Assembly (NCBI GenBank): GCA_002269645.1 | Contig: NIVC01003635.1 | Span: 22,634 to 86,633, forward strand | Direction: 5' to 3' | DNA from: Macrostomum lignano | Taxonomy: Eukaryota | DNA length: 64,000 nt | Shown: one piece after another, positions 59,421 to 64,000 of the stretch | Numbering within the stretch: position 1 is the stretch's first letter | Layout: each line of letters begins with the position of its first letter | Made by a program: the position numbers and the translations under genes | Notes under the pieces: model-generated | Database searches by the model: none | Told to the model about the DNA's origin: nothing | What the model saw: only the letters and a program-made list of their open reading frames with translations

Positions 59421-61769
59421 CTGGTGCAAACAGCGCTGAGTTTCGGACTGGTGGTTTAGATGTGACAAGCGCACCTGTGGCATCCCTCAGAATGGTGGCC
59501 GAAGCGCAAAGAGTGCCATGTCTAAATCTACCAATCGTAAAAATCGCCAATCGTCATTCTCTTCTCCCATGGCGTGAGGCAACAAAATCCAAAAATATTA
59601 ATGTAACTTTTCAAATTTTTCGGGCTGCGAATTCGTTCAATTCATTCGAAATTTCCAAATTCATTCATTCGCCAAAAGCCCCTGATTCAATTTAAAATTA
59701 ATTTAGCCGATCAGTTTCAGCGCTAGAAAGTGTGAAGTGGTAGACGAGCGGATTTGATTACAATCAGAATAGCTACCTGGTAACGGAGTGTGTGAAGAAC
59801 TGCGAAAGTGAATTTTCCGGACTCACTTTCTATTTCATGGTAATATGCTTTATTTCCCCTCCCTTTCTTTCTCTCGCCTAGCCTACAGCAGAACTGTGTG
59901 AGTGTTGAGGTGGACAGCCAGCCAGGTACGGAAGCCTCATCACGCAAGCACAGGGAAGCTGGAAGCGAAGCATTTCTTTCCTTTGTCCTACCTCTTTCTT
60001 TTACTCGGGGGAGTGTAACAGTCGCTCTCCCTGATCGCTCAGTTAATCCTAGAAATGCGTAGAGACCGGAGCGTGTTTTGTTTGTCCATTAGAATGAACA
60101 GCTATCAAGGGCTATGGGGAACTCGCTATATATGCATAGTAAGGGAAGCAGTAGTCATGGCCTTGGAAACATTGGGGGATACCAAAGTCTCGCAGGAATG
60201 GGAATAGCGGTGTGATTGTATCTCTGTAGGGTATCAGTGTGACTCAAAAATCTCGGGCTAAAAAAAGTGTCACCTCCTATGGAATACCTGCGATCAGCCC
60301 GGACCTGAATTCTGCGGTAACCCCTGGTGCCTTCATGGCTGGGATTCGATCCCAACGTGTCTGCTGACTCTCCCCACTGTATTGCAGACCCGGTAGTAAC
60401 TGCTTTGGTTGCATTTGGGCTGGTGCAGTGGCTGGAAATAGTAGATCCCATAGTATCCTATTGATAGTGGAGTTCAGTGAGTATTGGAATGGTGTACTGG
60501 AAGTCTGGTGGCCCCCAGTGATCTCGTAATGTTTCCTGCTGCATTCTCCTCCTTTAGTAATTCCTCCCCCCTGCTGTCAGTCTGATAGGGGAGGTGGGTG
60601 TGCCAATCAGCCCGACCCGGTAGAACGGCGCTCCTGCCCGACTTGTCAGCCTGGCCCAGGAAGGCGCTATTGCGCAACTCTTTTCCCCTCTGGCCACTGC
60701 AGCCCACTAAGCGCTTAGACGCAGGGTTGCATGCAGTCCCCTAATGTAAAGCCCCGGTACATAGAGTGCCACCCCAGTGCCCCGCAAGGTCAATAAGACG
60801 GGTTGACGTCTCTGGCAACTTGGAATAACCTAGATGGAGGTACCGCTGTCTCCTGGTAGAACCGGGCGTTCAAGTACAGTAAAGTGGAGAGGCTGACAAC
60901 TGTAGGACTTTCTCCGCCATCAGATAAAGGTCCCAAGTATGCTATTTCGAGCTGCAGCAAAGGTGGAGTATCGGAGGGGCAAGCATTTCAGGAAGATACT
61001 CACTTAGGTCTGTTTATCCTAGGAAAGCGGGCGAGAGTTTCAGGCTTGTAATCCGCCTAACCTGAAAACTTCGGGGACAGTTTAGTCTGGACTCCCGCTG
61101 CGCGCCTTCGCTCTGAACAGAAGGGGAGGTCTTGGTTTTTGTGGATTCTGCTAGACGTAGGGGAGCTGGATTCCCGCCTTTTGTGAAGCTGCGTGTACAA
61201 GATTGGTAGTCCTGAGGTGGAAGCCCCACTGGACTCCGACGGTTTTCCGGCTGTGCAAGGGCAGTAAAGTGGGAGGACCTCCATGGGGATTGCTCCCGCC
61301 ACTTGGGTTTTTGGGTCCAGGCGCCAACGCTTCTTCGTAGTAGCTTTCTTAAGGAAATGGGGTCCGGCGCGCAACCCTAGGGGAGAATTTGTACAGGTGC
61401 CGTAAGTCCGTTTACGGTCGGCATTTGGGTTCCCTAGCATGGCCGCAAAATGAAGGTCAAGTCTCTCTGAATAGCCAATTTTTCCCTGTCAGGATGTGCC
61501 ATAGACAACTGGTAGTGGTAGCCGCAGTTTGAGTCAGTGTGCTTTGCCGAGTGAAGCCGTTAGGACTGCCTAAATGGAATTATGTGGAGCCACCCGTTTT
61601 TCAATTTGTTTTCTTCGACGCCGCAAGTGTGTGGTTTTGTCTGTGTTTGTGTGTGTGTGAGTGTGTTGTGTGTTTCGGATCAACTTTTCGGTCTTTACCT
61701 GTAGTTGCCCCGGTTTTCTTTTCTTTTCCTTCCCGGTGGTGGGTACTCCCCCAGCTATCCGGCATTCAC

Positions 61770-63215
61770 ATGTCACGGGCGCGTGGAGATAGGGTCGTAG
61801 AAGCTGTGTGCGCAGACGCCCCTGGTCAACCACCCTCGGCCGCTGACACCCCAGCAGTTGCCGCCCCCGCAGCCGCAATGGCCGCAGCCGCTGGTAACCA
61901 GGTCCCTCAGCCTCCAGAAGCAGTAGTAGTTGAGGAACCAGATGAAGGAGTAGCAGCTCCCGCTCCCAATCAGGGTGACGCAGCAGCCGCCGCTGCTCCC
62001 CCGGACGCAGCCCAGAATCCTCCTCAGGCAGTCCCGCAGCTAGGAGACTTAGTTGCCGCTATAGCCAATGCGTTTAACCAGCTAAACATGGGCCAAGACG
62101 CCCAGAGGCCGAAAATCTACGTAGAAAAGTTCTCTCCCGGCGAACACTGTTTTGTGCAATGGGTAGAGAGAATGATCTACAAGCTGGACGCGGAGAGAAC
62201 TGTAGGAGATCAGGCTAGGAAGCAGGTGCTCATCTCGCACCTCCCAGGTGAATTTCAGAACTTAGCCTTAGGATTGGACGGGCAATTGCCCTTTGAGCAG
62301 TTCGTATCTAGATTAGGAGAGCAGTTGGGCGAGGCCAACACTGATCTGGCTAAGAGAAATAAGCTGAAGAATCTGAGCCAGAAACCCGGCCAATCACATA
62401 GTGCTTTTGCTGCTATGATAAGATCTCAGATAACGGCCATGTTTCCTCAGATTCAGGGTGAGCAGAGAGAACAAGAAATCGTGTACACCTACTTGGAACA
62501 CGCTAAGCTCCCCCGCCAGGTCAGACAAGATCTGTTGAGCCGTCGCTGGCAGACAATTGAGCAGGTGTTAGAACAGCAGCAAGCCCTGTTAGAAGCCGCA
62601 GACTTAGCCGGGAAATGGGACAGTAGTGGCCCGCCCAGGTCTGAGTCCCGCACCGAAGTCCGTCTGCAACCTCAGCAGCCACCCAGGCCCCCTCGCAAGT
62701 GGGTCAGGATGGTGAACCAGGAAGCTGACGAGACGGAGGAGGACGGTGACGGCCTATCAGAGATGCAAGAGAGGTTGGGCGCGCTAGAGCAAACGCAAAA
62801 GGATCTGCGCAACCAGCTGGTGCAGCTCAATGAAACTATGAAGGCGACAGCAGAGTCTGTTGCCCAGCTGCCCCAGCAGATGAGGCCCCCTCGCCCCGCC
62901 ACTCCCAACAGGAACTGGAGGCAGGGGCAGGGCGGCTCTAATAGCAGTAGGAACTGGCGCCAACCCCAGCCCCCGCCGCTTGCAATTCAGGAGGCGCCCA
63001 CGCCGCCGGCGCCGGGTGTGCAGCAGCAGCAATTGCAGCTTCGTGCGCCACCTGATCGCCATAGGCAAGATTTAGAGGAGTGGGGCAGAGATATGTTAGA
63101 CGAGGCTACCAGGGAGAGGCAGGAGAGGCTCGCCCAGCTGCGCGCGCAAGCTCTGATGCCTCCTCCTTCCACGCCTGAAGAGCCCCCGGGTTCGGGAAAC
63201 CCGTGGGAGGGCTGA
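61770..63215 (+). CDS. gag: Retrotransposon Gag (no CCHC knuckle)
   Basis: Intact frame from ATG 61770; capsid-like EKFSPGEHCFVQWVERM...LKNLSQKPGQSHSAFAAMI; coiled-coil and P/Q-rich C-terminus; downstream of LTR+PBS. Confidence 0.8.
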   Translation: MSRARGDRVVEAVCADAPGQPPSAADTPAVAAPAAAMAAAAGNQVPQPPEAVVVEEPDEGVAAPAPNQGDAAAAAAPPDAAQNPPQAVPQLGDLVAAIANAFNQLNMGQDAQRPKIYVEKFSPGEHCFVQWVERMIYKLDAERTVGDQARKQVLISHLPGEFQNLALGLDGQLPFEQFVSRLGEQLGEANTDLAKRNKLKNLSQKPGQSHSAFAAMIRSQITAMFPQIQGEQREQEIVYTYLEHAKLPRQVRQDLLSRRWQTIEQVLEQQQALLEAADLAGKWDSSGPPRSESRTEVRLQPQQPPRPPRKWVRMVNQEADETEEDGDGLSEMQERLGALEQTQKDLRNQLVQLNETMKATAESVAQLPQQMRPPRPATPNRNWRQGQGGSNSSRNWRQPQPPPLAIQEAPTPPAPGVQQQQLQLRAPPDRHRQDLEEWGRDMLDEATRERQERLAQLRAQALMPPPSTPEEPPGSGNPWEG

Positions 63216-63256
63216 ATGGCCCGGCCCGAACTCAGCCCCGTTCCCCTCTAGGGCCC
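63194..63256 (+). other. -1 ribosomal frameshift signal (G GGA AAC + predicted pseudoknot)
   Basis: Heptamer in the gag frame, 8-nt spacer, stem GGGCTGA/TCAGCCC, loop GGCCC complementary to GGGCC at 63251. Confidence 0.7.
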
Positions 63257-63620
63257 AGCTTAACCTGCCACGTCCGCCCAGCAAGAAGTTTAGATTTGAG
63301 AAGGTACCGATTTCTATCAGCCACGACCAGCTGAGGACAACGCGGGAGAGATATTGTTGTAGAGTTGCCAATTGAGAATGTTCCCACCCGCCTCCTGGTA
63401 GATGGGGCAGTGCGCTGTCTTTGCTAACAGTCAAAGACTTTACTAAAATTACCGGACAGAGTGTGGAGGCCCTGGAGCCCCCATGTGTGAGGGCCGTGTC
63501 CTACACGGGCAATGAATTAGAGATGCTAGGCCAGGCCACCCTCACAGCAGTTATTGGGCTAGAAGAGGTGAAATCCCTTTCTGGTCGTTGGCAATTCAGC
63601 AGCAGTTTCCCTCCTGGGTA
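63195..63620 (+). pseudogene. Pol N-terminus / aspartic protease remnant, truncated
   Basis: The -1 frame runs (one TGA) to IVVELPIENVPTRLLVDG, then shifts to SALSLLTVKDF...VSYTGNELEMLGQATL; no RT follows in the window. Confidence 0.6.
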
Positions 63621-64000
63621 GTGCTTTTCTAGCCAGTACGCATGCTATCATAGACTATCGAACAGAAAAGGTTTACTTGCTAGGTGTGAGTCTCCCATTC
63701 GACCCCCGCTGAGTAACAGATCGGTAGCTAGCCAGTGATTGCTTAATCCCCCCCCCCCGATTCGCGTGTCGAAATTTTGGCTCGTGTTGCCCCGTTGGAG
63801 ACGCTTTTCGCGTATTTACGTATGCCCTCTATTACTCGAATTTATGTTGTGACCTCGCTCGTGCTCGTTGTGTTGTTTAAATATCTAAGATTTTAGCTCG
63901 AAAATTAGGCCCGTACAGTATGCGTTAATTCCCTATCAGTAAATATTAATTGGAAACTAGTGAAATTTCTATGGGTCTGCTCCACAGGAGGTCCTGCCCC

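Noticed and set aside
58991-59695. 234-aa ORF as an accessory retroelement gene
   Set aside because: Straddles the LTR end and PBS, starts at TTG, no recognisable domain.

Overview
Repeat-rich metazoan genomic DNA with spliceosomal GT-AG introns; the style fits a flatworm such as Macrostomum (inference, not verified). Host genes: (1) a 7-exon RAD54L2/ARIP4 SNF2-family helicase on the minus strand (30670-19659, about 1991 aa, all splice phases consistent) with a different tandem repeat in every intron; (2) three paralogous intronless genes for signal-peptide + EVPAKPTAAV-repeat (about 20, 5 and 7 units) + TM/Cys-tail proteins, each in a module with a hairpin satellite; (3) a two-exon gene, missed by the ORF track, for a 99-aa secreted single-EGF peptide with an unusually long third loop. 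Mobile DNA: a nearly intact intron-containing Crypton-type tyrosine recombinase flanked by shared palindromic sites, RTE-like LINE fragments, a mariner, THAP and P-like remnants, a hAT MITE with 8-bp TSD, a tRNA-derived SINE, three decayed Gypsy pol regions, a nested hAT-like/CMC-like/Gypsy structure, and the 5' part of a Gypsy with a 2.2-kb LTR, tRNA-Leu PBS, gag and a -1 frameshift signal. All calls are by eye; no database searches were run.
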